A DNA stretch of 62,927 nucleotides, the filler included, from Asterionella formosa (taxonomy: Eukaryota): assembly GCA_002256025.1 (NCBI GenBank). It is 5 parts of 5 records of this genome, joined end to end, with 100 filler letters (N's around TTAATTAATTAA, not from the genome) between each part and the next. Parts side by side here need not be neighbours in the genome. Positions count along the whole stretch, not along the records: positions 1 to 12,518 come from NKIB01007442.1; 4 more parts are not named here. One strand, 5' to 3'. The notes under the pieces were generated by a model. It was not told the DNA's origin, did not search any database, and worked only from the letters and a program-made list of their open reading frames with translations. The position numbers and the translations under genes were made by a program. Numbering within the stretch: the stretch's first letter is position 1; each line of letters begins with the position of its first letter. Below, piece after piece: positions 1 through 12,618 of the stretch.

Positions 1-319
1 ACATGGCCGAAATCTAAAAGCGATGACGATCGATTTATTGAGGAGGTTGATTGATATGTAACGATATGCATATGTATATGCATACCTATTTTGGCAAGAG
101 CAAGCCATTTTGAGTATGAGCAAGCAAGTCTTGAAATATTCCGGGAAATTCTATATAGTCATTCATGTCTAAACATCTTTTTATGTAATGCACTGTTATT
201 TATAACTGTAAAAAATTTGTGTTTGTGTTGACCAAATTTTGGGGTTATGGGTACAACGATTTGTGTTATAATACACATGATATAATAATTTTTTATTATC
301 AGAGCGCGCCAAGTATCAT

Positions 320-748
320 AATTCTCGCTAGCTTTTGCTACTTACCTTCTCTGTCAATTCTCACTGTTTCTTAAATTAACAAGCTTACTCCAAAAACATA
401 GTTTCAATACCATTCATCACACTTTGAGAACCTGTTCTTCGCGTTCCCTTTTGCTGATGCAAACATTCTTCTGATTGATCCAAAACATCAATCTCGTTAG
501 CCAGTTTCTTGAGAAGGGAATGCTCCATTTGATTCATTGGACTTAAGTCGAGTCCACAATTCTCGTGACTCATCATAGCCATTGATACTTTATTCTTGAC
601 ATCATCCACATTACCATGTACAAGAAGCTCCAAAATAGTTCCTTCCATTTCACATGCAGACAATCTCATATGAATTTGTTTGTTGATGTTCTTGGTCATA
701 CTGTCAGCTGGGCTGTTTTCAGATTGTACAAAAACAATACATAGCTCA
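320..748 (-). mobile_element. Ty1/copia remnant: RNase H C-terminus (748->~650) followed by a partial 3' LTR starting TG at 601
   Basis: Minus-strand ELCIVFVQSENSPADSMTKN matches the copia RNase H terminal motif (FV.S..N.AD..TK). About 325-601 aligns with 48950-49215, which lies upstream of a copia gag. Confidence 0.7.
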
Positions 749-771
749 CGTCTGCAAATAAAAAGTATCAT
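749..771 (+). repeat. Terminal inverted repeat of transposon copy 1
   Basis: 22/23 identical to the reverse complement of 48577-48599, with similarity continuing about 70 bp inward. It lies exactly where the copia RNase H frame is broken. Confidence 0.8.
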
Positions 772-1199
772 GCATAAAAGGCCAGGGGTACCGTGCAATA
801 ACTGGCGCAGAATTTTTCTGTGCATGATATGCATTTTGTTATTTGTGTTACAGGTACATCTTTTATATATGAATATTTGATAAGCATGTTTATACTTATA
901 ATATTTGATCATATTGTTCTAATAATGATCCATACTGACTCATAACAGTACCCACAAAGTAATCATACAAATACAGTAATTGAGTAACTACAAATCAAGT
1001 AAAAATCACTACTTCTCTTTGAATTTCAATCGCTCTTCTCATGACCATGAATTACTAATTGTATTTACAAGACCATCATTGATTTACCTTCTTAGCTACA
1101 TCCTATATTGTGTATTTGTTCATCTTATAGCCATATCATTACCATCGTATCTCTATGATGTATTTGTCCAAAATATGTGGAAATGGATTGTAAATTAAC

Positions 1200-2264
1200 T
1201 ACTAAATTTAGAATTGTTTCAATCTATCTATATAAACAGTTATCTCACACTGTCTCACTCCTGTTCATTCTCTTGTCTGCTGCTTCCCTGCTACCCCGTT
1301 TCTGACACAACGGTCACTGCCCACTTCGTCCTTTCCCTTGTACTTGTCTGATTCTGAAGGATAAATTGATGTCGCTGATAGCGGCGGGTTGCCTCTCCTC
1401 ATTCCCTTCTTCTCTGTATCAGAGCTTTCCTTCATTATTAGTATTCATGTTAATGTTGTAACAACTGCGAAGCAAATACATGTTAGTCATATTATTTTTA
1501 TGCAACAACATGCAGGTCCATTCTATTTTCACTTCTTACCATGAATAGATGTATTCCGTCACCCAGGTTTTCCCATCACAATGTGTCCAACGATCCATTT
1601 CGATTGTTCAATGTATTAACTAATGGGAAGGAATTGTTTGTTAGGCTTGTCTTGTCTAGCTTTTAATACAACAGGCAGTTCCAATCATGATATGGTATGG
1701 TCATTTACCGAAACAATGATACGAATCAATGTTCAGTTTCCATATTCCTCAATAAATCGTGAAGACATTGATGTTCAGAACTTCCCTATACTCTTTGTAT
1801 ACAATTTACCCTGATAGATATAAAAGGATGTGTTACTTATGTTCTAACGGGTGATTCTTGTGAGCATTGATCCAACGACAGCACTTACCGCGACCGTCAT
1901 TTCTTCACATTGAATTTGTCCCCACAAGTATGCATATACAGGTAAGTAAATAAACACTTGAAGAGAATGTACGCATTGAGTTACTGTCAACCCAACAATT
2001 GAATAATCTGACATTGGACCTACCGTATCTTTCGGCCTTATGTTCAGCACCATTCCTTATTGTGTTTCCAATGAAGTCGCAAGGTATCGGTAAATTGATC
2101 TGTAGCTGTAATAAACTGCTTATCTGTATGTTGTTTACACATTTCATGTAGCGTGCATGAGAATGAAGATGAGCACACGAGTCCCGATATAATTGAGCCA
2201 ACAATATATGTATATATTTATTTGTATGTTTGAATATTTCAAACACCCGTGTACTATCATACAC
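1200..2264 (-). pseudogene. Transposon gene C, spliced, unknown function (boundaries approximate)
   Basis: 78-nt GT-AG intron 1888->1811. Its donor context (caatgt...GTAAGTGCTG) is conserved at 47663 (78-nt intron) and 15991 (75-nt intron). Confidence 0.4.
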
Positions 2265-3450
2265 ATAGATCTGAATATCATCAAAATTACCGATACTTAA
2301 TTCGATTTATACAATGTTGTCTGATTTCATTTGTTTTGAAATTACTAGTCTGCAAACATTTCAGTAAGTGATATTAGAATATATACAATGCTGTGTGAGT
2401 TCATTATTTACCACGACCTAATATAGAGGATAAACATAGGTTGTACGACAATTCGTTATGGAGTAATAGTTTATGATATAATTAAGCCCCATCATGGATG
2501 TGACATATACATAAAAAGGGTTAGGGTTAGAATGCGAAGTATGAATATGTACTGCGGTTGTACAAAATTTGGCGTAAAATGATCTTACAATTAGTTGTTT
2601 GTGATCTTAATTCTAGTGTTTGTATTATAGTGGTGTGCAGTAATACATTTTAAAACATGCATTGTTGTAAATAGGGCTCTATTTCATCTACATCTATCAT
2701 GTTCACAAGTAAGGACTGCTAGGAGTACGTAGTAACATGTTAAAGTATTACCTTTTTTGATAGATCTATATCGTTAGACAAAGAAGACTATAGATAGAGA
2801 CGTTCGTTTCTCTTTCCGTTTCTATATTTTTATTGTGAGTTTACTAATCTAGTTTAGGTTGTTCTGTTTGAACAAACAAACGAACTATTCTCCAAATGCT
2901 ATTTGCATTTCTAGAAACATACAATCATAGATAGACCCATGTCTATCTCACACTTACTGATCATAGGTTTTTTAACCATGATCATTCATTTTCAAACTAT
3001 CGGTCTTCCGAAATAGCTTATATTGTCCGGCTCATTATAGTCGAAGTAACAAGGTATAATGTGTGGTTGATGAGAGCTTGATACATCCAAGTTGACTCAT
3101 TCGAATCGTTTGACTCGTTTGACTCCGAGTCCTAATTACGTAGATGAGCTCACTTTAACAGTAACAAGGTACCGGTAGTTATGAACAACTGTGTACATAA
3201 TGTTGAAGGAGATGATATGATGATGTATGTACCTGGAAGTACAATCTTTTTCCAGTTGTGTACATATATATATATATGTATATATACGCACATTATCTCT
3301 ATATCCATAAGTGTGTAAGTAGCTACCGGTATGCTATTTGTCTATTGCAACGGTACTTCTAAGAGCATTTATGATCCCCATTTCCCTTAATTTTTAGCGA
3401 CACTTCATCATATGCTTCTTGTCATTCCTCACCACACCTGTTATACAATC

Positions 3451-5412
3451 ATGCCTCCAAAACCTGTGACTACAAAACCAGTGCGAGATGCGGCAGCTGC
3501 AAGGAGAGTACCGGATTTTGCTCCAAAGCGAGTGATAGCTGATTTTGGAACCTTTCCTGCCGGTTATTTTAATAAAAGTCAAAAGCAGTATACTTTTCAT
3601 GATGCCTTTGGTGGTGCCAAACCTTCCACTCCATACATTCCAACAAACGTAAATCCTCCTTTTACTACTAATACTACTAAGGCTCGTTTCAATCGTTCTA
3701 CTCCCGAAGATTCTGTCTCGAATTCTGCCAGTGAGAATGAAGATGATGATTCACTCGATTCCGGTTCAAGAAAGGTTGCTGCTATTGAGACCACCCATAA
3801 TATTCAACCTACGTTTGTTTTTGAAAAGCTTTGCAATCAAAGTGATCAGGTGAAGTATGACAAACTCAAAGATGAGCACATCAGTCTTCAAGAAATCCAC
3901 AACAAACTCAAAGATGAGTACACCAGTCTTCAAGAAATCCACAGTGTTCTTGTTCGTTCTTACTATAAAATCTCATCTGCCTGAATCACTACAAAGGGCA
4001 ACATTCAGTTCAAGTTTCATCCTTACGTGGTTATGAAGATTCATCCGCTTTAGCAGCGAATTCAGCACGACGTTTGTCTTTAGCTAAAATGGATCCCGCT
4101 GTTGTCGCAAAAGTTGTTAGTTATATTTTCAAAACCAAGAAATTTTGCTGTGAATAGGTTAGTGATGTATTGCTATACATCAGACTTACTATGGAAGTTT
4201 TGTTACTAAAAGGATGTCACTTAAACCTATTTTTGGATTTCCCAAAAAGGCTATAAAACACCCAGTCATATCTGCAAGTTGCAACTCCGTAGGCATATCG
4301 GATGTGAATGCAGATTGGTTTGCTAACCGATGTATCTCCTGCTTATTTCAACTAAAACCGCAGTTAGGCGAAGAAGCAGAGAGTGATCCTGAACTTTCAA
4401 ATTACATATGGAATGGATGTGATGCACAACTTCCGGATAATTATAGAATGGAATGTACAAACAAAGCACATTAGAATATATCAACTCTACATTTGGAGGT
4501 ATGTGCATTAATAAAATGCGAGAACGACAAAATAAATTCAACAATCATTTTAAACCGATTTTAAGTAAGTCAATCGTGATGTCTTGTTCTACTTTTAAAA
4601 CATTTTAATTCTTCTACTTCGATGTTCTAAACATTTTCTTGTCTTAGCTAGTTGGTGTTACAGAAGATAACTTCAACAAGCTTGGTCTGTCGGAGATTAT
4701 CGGTTGGCTGGGCATGAAAGTTGTATGCATTTGCTCAAGCAAGTTTCATTGATATAGCAAGCAATTCCTATCAACTATGGATTGATGTTCTTGCTCGAGT
4801 TCATTTTATAGGTAGGCTCAGCCGTGGCGATCCCTATCTTATAGGAGAGAAAGTTGGTGAAATTAAATTCCTTGTAAGTGATCGAGCTAAATGTGAATTA
4901 CAATCAAGGTTTGTTGGTTAGGTTATTAATGCTTCGACAGAAGCATTTTGTTTCCTTATATTAAAAGGGAAATTCCGATTACAACCTAGACGGATTAATT
5001 GTAATCCATCCTCTTATTTACCTCAAGACCAATTGCCTCGTTTCTGGCAGGATGTTGTTGATATCGGTGGAAAACCACTTTGAAAGAAAAGTACGAGAGA
5101 GCAAAGTTCAGTGTCAGGAGGTCTCACTGATCAATGGAATGATGTCTTATTGGAATATTATCAACAATTGTGTGGTGATCTTGCACAGGATAATCGGTCT
5201 GTACAAGCAATGAACCATAGCGGATTGGTCAGTAAAGCACCTCCAAGTCACTTTCCAAACACATATTTTTCTTTCCCTGAAATCCCAGAAGAGCAAATGA
5301 AGAAATATAGTGGAGATGAGAACTTCGACAAGATGATGTTTATGGTAGTAGCATCAATTTACGACATTATGAAAATCGTCAGATCATGACTGACGATGAA
5401 GATATTGAATGA
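3451..5412 (+). pseudogene. Transposon gene A, spliced, unknown function, with stops and frameshifts
   Basis: Motifs shared with other copies: LNHYKG, IFKTKKFCCE, ESDPEL..Y/F.WNG.D..LP, GGMCI, RA.CELQS.FVG..INASTEAFC.L.LKGKFRLQ, DIGGKP, GLTDQW. Intron positions after CCE and after FK.xL are conserved. Confidence 0.7.
3860..3942 (+). repeat. 42-bp in-frame tandem duplication (KLKDEHISLQEIHN x2)
   Basis: acaaactcaaagatgag(c/t)aca(t/c)cagtcttcaagaaatccaca at 3860 and 3902. Confidence 0.9.
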
Positions 5413-5478
5413 GAGTAATAACTGTTAATATTAATATTAATATGAATCATTGATCTAATTTATAATAACACCTAGCTA

Positions 5479-8400
5479 TCATCGTTCACTAGACTTTTTT
5501 TGTTCCCACCCAATTGATTTCCATAAATGCCTTGCAGGTAGGGAAACATAGTAATGATCATTTTCTAATCGTTCCAATTACTTCCTTGGGCTTCATTGGT
5601 TTCCTAGATTGAATAGAACCTTCTTGCGGCTTTAAGGCAGGCACAACAAACGCAGCGGACAGAATGTTGTTAAACTCAACCACACTCAGTTCAGTTGTAT
5701 CGTTGCATATAGTGTCGCCTTTTGCAAAAAACATACGTTTATGAGCTTTCATTTCGGATGAACTTTTCAAGGAACATATAGAGGCTAAAATAATGGTGGT
5801 ATCGTTCGAGAAAATTACATTTTCCCAAAGAAATAATTTTCCAGGAACAGTAAATGAATTTGACCCATCCCCCTTCTCCCAGTTCACTTCAATCCAATCA
5901 AACCATTCCCGACCAGAGATCCCAGCTTTTGAATGATTGTTCCATTTCAGATGACATCTCAAAATAGTGCTTTGTCCTGGAGCATCGGCGTGAATTTTGA
6001 CATGGTAGTAAAAATCAATCCTAATTACAGTCACGGATTTCTCTTCCTTTTCAATTACACTTTTCGCTCTTTCCACCGCTGAATTGGTACTGTTTTTAAC
6101 ATGGATAGCACCGTGTCGTGAATTTGGATGAAATAACTGTGAGAATGGTGTTCTCAACATTCCACGTGATGATAAAGGTTGCTGTAAATTTGTTAAAGGA
6201 ATACCAGAAATAGTCCAGTGACGCTAGTGCAGAAAATTGAACTCTGGCAGGAAGTTATGTTTAATTCTTGGTAGTTCTTGCTTCCTTGTTAGAAAGGGAA
6301 GAAAGTACTTTCATTTTTGCATCCAAAGAGATATTTTCTAAGCCATCATAAAATACATCCTGTTCGGAATAGTTATCAAATACTATTTTGCGTGCTAGGG
6401 AAAATTGTCTTGTTTCGTAGGATCGTATCAAAATATCATGCTTGACACGATGAAGTTGTCCGTATACGCGTTTACTGGAACGATTCAATTTATCTCTCAG
6501 AAAAGATTCCAAACAGCCACCGAAAAATTTAAGAGGTAAACCAAATTTTTTGAATCAAATGAGGATAATGTTCCATGCCATGGAACTTTGACATTCTTAA
6601 TCCAATTTTTAGATACCATCTCCCTCTGAGGACCAACCAGTGTCTTTGTGACAGAAGTGAACCTATTTATTGTTTCTTTCAAAGTTATCACACAAGTTTC
6701 AGTATATTGCGGAAGGAATAAACTGTCATTGATGGAAATACCTAACCAGAATAGCTATGTGAAGTCTTTTTCAAGTTCGGTGTTCTCAGGACCTAACATT
6801 CCTCCCATTGAGAAAATTGTTAGCAAACATAGACCAGGGATTTCTTGGCCAGACATCTTGGATAACGCGGTCAATCCTGATCGATACGATAGTTTTGGTA
6901 TATTACGATCACTTTGTCTCTCCAGGTGGCTATTAATGTATCTAGCATTTTTTTCAAATTGAAGTTTTGCAAACACATTTCTTGTACTAGACCATGTAGG
7001 TGGTCGTAACTTTTGCCAGTGAACGTACTTTTGAAAATTGGTTCGTATGCCAGTAGTTGTTATGGTGACATTCGTTTTTTTGGCCCGTTTTCTCGAACTA
7101 GGTTGGTCAGGATCAGTCAGGTCTACTGGAGGTAAACCCGTTTCGTTCGCCTCAGAGTCCCTGTTTGGTACTTCTGGACAACTCCTTTTCTTAAAAAAGG
7201 ATCCCCAATCTTTAGGAATAGTTCGATAATTATTTGATGACTCCAAAAAGTACTTCAATAGGCCAAGTAACAGTTGATAGAGCACCTCGAACGGTGTTGC
7301 ACCAAATACTCCTTCTGAATGACCGCCAGAGTAATGCGTCATCAATGCCAGGATGATTGGATTATGGAAAATTACCCGTTGCGAACTTACTATTAGTCTG
7401 AGTCACACCAAAACATGTTGGTATAGATGGTAACTTTCCATCTGGATAAGTTTCTTTATCCAAATATTGCTTCAGAAATTTACATGCATCTCCAACTTCT
7501 CGCAGTTCACATTCTATGTCCGGATTGTCAGCGTCTTCTGTACGTACGGAGCAATCTTGCCAAACATGTTGTCGATATAATCCATTACTTCCACGGAAAC
7601 CACAAATTTTATAATGTTCCTCCGTATCTCCAACTACCATTCCAGTTTGGAAATAAACTTTGTATACCCCAGACCTTGCACCCATCTATCATGAAAAAAT
7701 TTTGGATCTTGAAAAGGTTCTAATAAAAACCCAGTAACAGGATGATATAACTTCAGTCTAGAAAGAGAGATATCATTACCTGACTTCTTAGTGTCCATTT
7801 CTTTCTCCAAGTCACTATCGTCGATATCTGGTAATAATGACACGAGTTGCCACGCATCCACTTTCTTCCTTTCTTCCAACGTTAAGTTTAAGATTGTTAG
7901 TAAGAATGGATGTTCTGAGTGCTTCATTTGTTTATCAATAGGTGAACCGTCACTAAAGACAGTCAATGACACAAACATATGACCAGGCTTTAAAACTCCG
8001 TTTTCCGTTGCTTTTGAAGTGTTGAATGAATTTTCAAACCAAGTAGCAGAGGTAACTTTGTCATATATTCGTTTTCCGCAGTTTGTAAGCTTTCTTTGTG
8101 CATAACATACAAAATGTTCCATGATGTCAGGATCACGTATCAACGATGACATGAGTTGTACTGGTTCAAAGTAATGTAATGTCCGTGGAATAGAGAGTAT
8201 TCCATTATTCTCAAGAAAAATTTCTTTTTTCAACAGTTCACCACCTGTTAATCTTGGTGGAAATGAATCATCCATTCTTTTCAAAGTTTGATAGGAAGGA
8301 ACGTGATTCTTTCCATGACAATATTTCATTCTCTGCGATATGAATAACCATTTCATAAGATGATCGAAGTACATTGGTGGTAGATAGTTCTCGTTCAGGA

Positions 8401-8950
8401 ATAACATGAGTTCTAATTCGATTGGATGCATGTTTAGTAAATATTTTTTGGGAAGTTGAAATTTAACAGGTCGAGGAATTTTCATAGATTCCTTGGGAAT
8501 GAACCCACTTCGATCTTGGTACTCAGGATAATGCATAGTATCATTATCCAACCCAATAATTTCTGATAATTCTGTTTCCTCTCCACATTGCCTTGATGTA
8601 TTTGAAGTCAATGAGATACTTTCGTCATAGAATGGAAATAACAAATTCTGGTCATCTAATTGTGAAAGAGATTCTTCCGTATGCAAAGTATCAGAAATAA
8701 GAATGTTGGGAAATGAGGAAGAGACACCTGACTTTCCTGTTTCATTTAAATCACTTGATAGTTTACCGCCACAATACATAGTTTGATTGCAAATTCCAGG
8801 AATGCGGTGTTCTTCCAAGCAGTGATGGCACAAACCAAAATCATAAAATTTTCGATTGTTGCAGTTTCGATTGTGAAAGTCAGAGGAAGATTAGTTCTTC
8901 CGAAATTTATAGTTGCATACCGAGCACCAGTTAAAGGTTTGTAAAGCCAT
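5479..8950 (-). pseudogene. Plavaka-family transposase, full length but disrupted
   Basis: ATG at 8950 (MALQTFNWCSVC..., premature TAA at 8893-8891). N-terminal Cys/His clusters. Core motifs SLTVFSDGS...HPFLLTILNL..EERKK..AWQLVSLLP, GDTEEH..ICG, TPFEVLYQLLLGLLKY, SGLTALSKMSGQE, and C-terminal WFDWIEVNW..PGKL resemble Plavaka transposases as I recall them. Several frameshifts. Ends ...WKSIGWEQKKSSER* at 5479. Confidence 0.75.
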
Positions 8951-9091
8951 TGTTTGGGCAAAAATGCAAAATCAAAATAGAGTAGAGGGATCGATTTGAG
9001 GGCAGCGGTATGAATAGAAATGAATATAAAGAAATGTCCAAGTATCGCTTTTTCGTCAATAAATACCGAATACCGGTATATAAGTGTATAT

Positions 9092-10930
9092 TCAATAATG
9101 TGTCATGCAGTACATAGTACAAAGCACTGCAACCTTATTATGCAACACTAACCTTTTAAATTTTAGCTTTTCTTTAATCTGCAATGCGTTGTCAACTGCA
9201 TTGACAAAGAGAGAAAATTTCTCATTGATAGCAACATCACTTGAGAGTCCAGATGATACTGACTCCCAATTGAAAGGGGAAATTTCAATTGTTGCATCAC
9301 CACGGTGACGGTAGGCGTCAACTTCCTTTTCATTCAAGAAATTGCAAGGGAATTTTCCAAATGTTTCATTCAACATTTTCAATTCCATAAAACTATTCTG
9401 CACAACTTTCTTTATACAGAAGGCAACTACAGCTTTTTCAATTTGCACCTTCTCCTTCTTGGTAAGAACCTTCGATGATTTTTTAGACCTAACGGTTCCA
9501 AGGCAAAAAAATTATCAATCATCTTGACATGAGGTACTTTCGACGGAAAGCCCGCATGATCTGATGATACTACCATGCCGTCCAATTGCTTCCAATTGCA
9601 GTTCTCTAGACGAAATCCAAAACATTTGGTTTCACCATTTGTTTCCAATTGAAGTAGACTTTCTAAAAGTTTCATAACAGTGAATGGTCCACAGGACCAT
9701 CCAGTATCACCTTCTGGCTGGTGTAATAGTGAGTCATGAATAGATGCCATAAAAACTTGCAATGGAGCTTTTGTAGAATGATAGAAACTCTCACTCTGAA
9801 TGACCTGTTGCGGCTTATAAGCCTGGCTTGGAAGGTAGGCATCCCATGATGATGCTATTTCTTTTCCCTTTTACATCCAGGGATGATGCAATATTTACGG
9901 GCAAGGTGAGACACTTGATCGAGATGTTCTTGGACTATGGCTGCTTCTGCTGGATCGCGGATTTGACATATCCCTTCCTTAAGACCAAATATGTAATGAA
10001 CAAAATGATTATTTCCACAAGATGATCTCTTTCAGTACACTATAATCACATGTAATTAATGAGAGAATCTTTTTCAGCTTCTTATGATTCAATAAAAATA
10101 CCATTTCGATCATCCCGGTCATTGGGCATAACGAATTGGGAAAGGTCCAACATTGTCTGGCTGATTATGGTATATTTGTTCTTCAACAGCTTGATCTCTT
10201 CCACAATATCCTGAACAGAAGTTTGATTTTCGAAAACAGGTTGATCTTCAGTAGCATGAACAAAGATTCCTTTATTGTCATTTTGATGTTCCTCTTCATG
10301 ACCAATCCTTGACGAATTATTATTGTTTATAATCTTTTCATTAATTGATATTGTTGTCTTTCTTGAAAGGACAACAGAATCTATCAAACCAGCACCTAAG
10401 TCACCATCATCTCCATCGATCAGGTAATCGGGGGTAGGGTTGTCGACATTTTCTGTTTCAGAATGCTTAGCCTCTAAATGTAGAGATACCCTTGTCTCGT
10501 CACGGGACACATGGTGCATTATCATGAGAGATCGACTGGCTTCTTCTAGATCTGGTGAACGATCAATAAGAATAGTCCGCTGCTTTTCATTTGAAAAACA
10601 AATGGTTCAATTGTTTTGAATTCGCCGTATAAGATGACCTCTCTGATAAATGCATTGGGGCAACTATGGAATTAACATATGAACTCTTTTTTCTGGAGAA
10701 TTGTAAACCTTCTCGAAATCATCAGATTTGGAAGGAAACAGACATGTGCTCTCAACCGATTCAATGAGTCGTTTCAATTTCTTCCTCGATGTTAAAACGT
10801 CTTCTAGTGTAAACCCAAATGGACCATCCTCTTTGTCATTCCAAATGTTCTTGTTGTGTTCCATGATATCAACTTTGATTGGTATTGAAATGACGAGTGA
10901 TGCAGTATGGTTACGTGAAATGATAAACAA
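9092..10930 (-). pseudogene. Transposon gene B: Ulp1/SENP-like (clan CE) cysteine protease-domain protein, disrupted (start approximate)
   Basis: NNHFVHYIFGLKEGICQIRDP (His..Asp, +17) followed by LHQPEGDTGWSCGPF (Gln..Cys). Homologous to 12619-13679 and 41817-43835. Confidence 0.65.
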
Positions 10931-11599
10931 TGCAATGAAGCAAACGGAGTTCGATTACTATCATTGATGTGATGGGAAGGCAACAGCAGCGGCCACAGCA
11001 GCAGTATAATTGCATTTGCTTGCACCGATGGTACCGCGGTACATCATGCATGCTATTCTATGTTGGTATTAACCGCTATAGCATTACATTCATCAAATTA
11101 TTTATTTTGACGTAATGATAGAGATGATAATAACATCTTATTATTTTAAAATTATTTAGTTATATATATTAGAAATATTAGCAAGAACATTTTATTATAT
11201 GTGCATTTATTTGACCTAATAAATGTGATCAAACTATCATAGGTTTACTTACGAGTGATTGTGAGTATGTGATAATGAATTATAAGTTAACTGTCGTAAT
11301 CATTCGATAATATGTTAGTAACGGTACGATCTCTTTTGAGTGTACAGATCCCTACCTCACCTCGTTTGTACAAGATCGTGTTATAGCCCCCCCCCCCATC
11401 AAGTATAGGTATCTCACCTGGTTTGTACAAGACATGTTATTGCATACACAACATCACCTATAGGTACTGGTACCAAAGTCACCTTGCTTGTTTGTACGAG
11501 AAGAACGTGTGATTGTTGCGTACCAGGTAACGGTACTCTCCGCCACTCCCTCATCTTAACTCTATCCCTGTGATTAACATTATTTAAATTCAAATCAAT

Positions 11600-11845
11600 C
11601 CTACACAGTACGCGCGCTTACTTACAAAAATATCAGTGCAACAAATATACAGCACTGGGAGGTATGGCACACTCCGTAATTCCTCGCTACGTGGAAAATT
11701 CCTTATGTGTATCGTTAACAGACCACGCTGTTTTTTTTCAAATATCTTGCAAAGTTCTAGTCGCGCGTTCTTTTGCAAAGTTCGCGTACTTTTTGCGAAG
11801 TTCGCGAGGTTCGCGTACTTCTTGAAAAGTACGCGCGACTACCAT
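11600..11845. repeat. Short direct/inverted repeat cluster (AAGTTCGCG / GTACGCGCG), likely a transposon subterminal region
   Basis: Several agttcgcg(tactt) units at about 11775-11820, with agtacgcgcg at about 11607 and 11828. CpG-rich within AT-rich DNA. Confidence 0.5.
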
Positions 11846-12285
11846 TTCGTCGAATCGAGTTTGAGGTCTGATCAGGCATTTAACATCCACGGGCAATAAC
11901 ATTGCTCATCATCAGACATCTACCGGACACTGACGCTGATTTTCGTAGAGATGTTCGGACAGTAGGCCGGTTTTCAGCCAAAGTCTGAACTTCCGTTCAT
12001 TCCCATTTGATAATTTAAAACGGTATATCTAGTACTACTATGTTGAACTTGGAGTGAAGTTTGATCATTTGAGGAAAATACCGGACGAACGGCCATTTTT
12101 TTCTTGTAGCTGTTTTCTCGTGTCATTTTACATATTAAGACTTTAAACTGGTCATTGATTTAATTTCTATTTGTCAACAAAATAAATAATATATTTTCCA
12201 TTTGTAAGTCAGACATGTAGTTTGAAAACGATATATTAAACAAATAAAAGATTTAATCACTAAATATTATCCAAATATACTACAA

Positions 12286-12518
12286 CTAAAGTAGACCAGC
12301 TTTGTATCCAATACTGGCTCAGGTCTTTGTGATCAACGACACAGTTACCTTGGCCCATGGAGCCTCCACCCATTGCGCAACATTATCCCTCATAACTTTT
12401 TTATTTTCTATGTTTTGAATCATAAAATTCTCCCATGCAGCCTGCACATAGCCTTTGAATGGCTTGTTGACGCCCACATCCAGTACTTGAGCGAAGCTGG
12501 GATGTGTAGCCAGGGGTT
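12286..12518 (-). mobile_element. pogo-like (DDE_1, Tc1/mariner superfamily) transposase C-terminal fragment, cut by the contig end
   Basis: Minus strand reads PGYTSQL/QVLDVGVNKPFKGYVQAAWENFM...VAQWVEAPWAKVTVSLITKT*ASIGY, containing the T..LQ.LDVG.NKPFK motif. One frameshift and one stop. Confidence 0.8.
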
Positions 12519-12618
12519 NNNNNNNNNNNNNNNNNNNNNNNNNNNNNNNNNNNNNNNNNNNNTTAATTAATTAANNNNNNNNNNNNNNNNNNNNNNNNNN
12601 NNNNNNNNNNNNNNNNNN
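12519..12618. other. Artificial contig linker
   Basis: N44-TTAATTAATTAA-N44 (six-frame stop spacer). Confidence 0.98.

Larger units (their letters stand above)
749..11300. mobile_element. Plavaka-type multi-gene DNA transposon, copy 1 (left TIR present, right end not found, right boundary approximate)
   Basis: TIR CGTCTGCAAATAAAAAGTATCAT at 749-771 matches the ends of copy 3. Carries genes C(-), A(+), transposase(-) and B(-), all homologous to copies 2 and/or 3. Confidence 0.75.

Noticed and set aside
385..912. 175-aa ORF as a real gene or a fifth transposon gene
   Set aside because: It is a chance read-through of the transposon terminus, the copia RNase H tail and LTR sequence.
2518..2530. 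GGGTTAGGGTTAG telomere-like sequence
   Set aside because: Only two units, inside a transposon. Too short to call.
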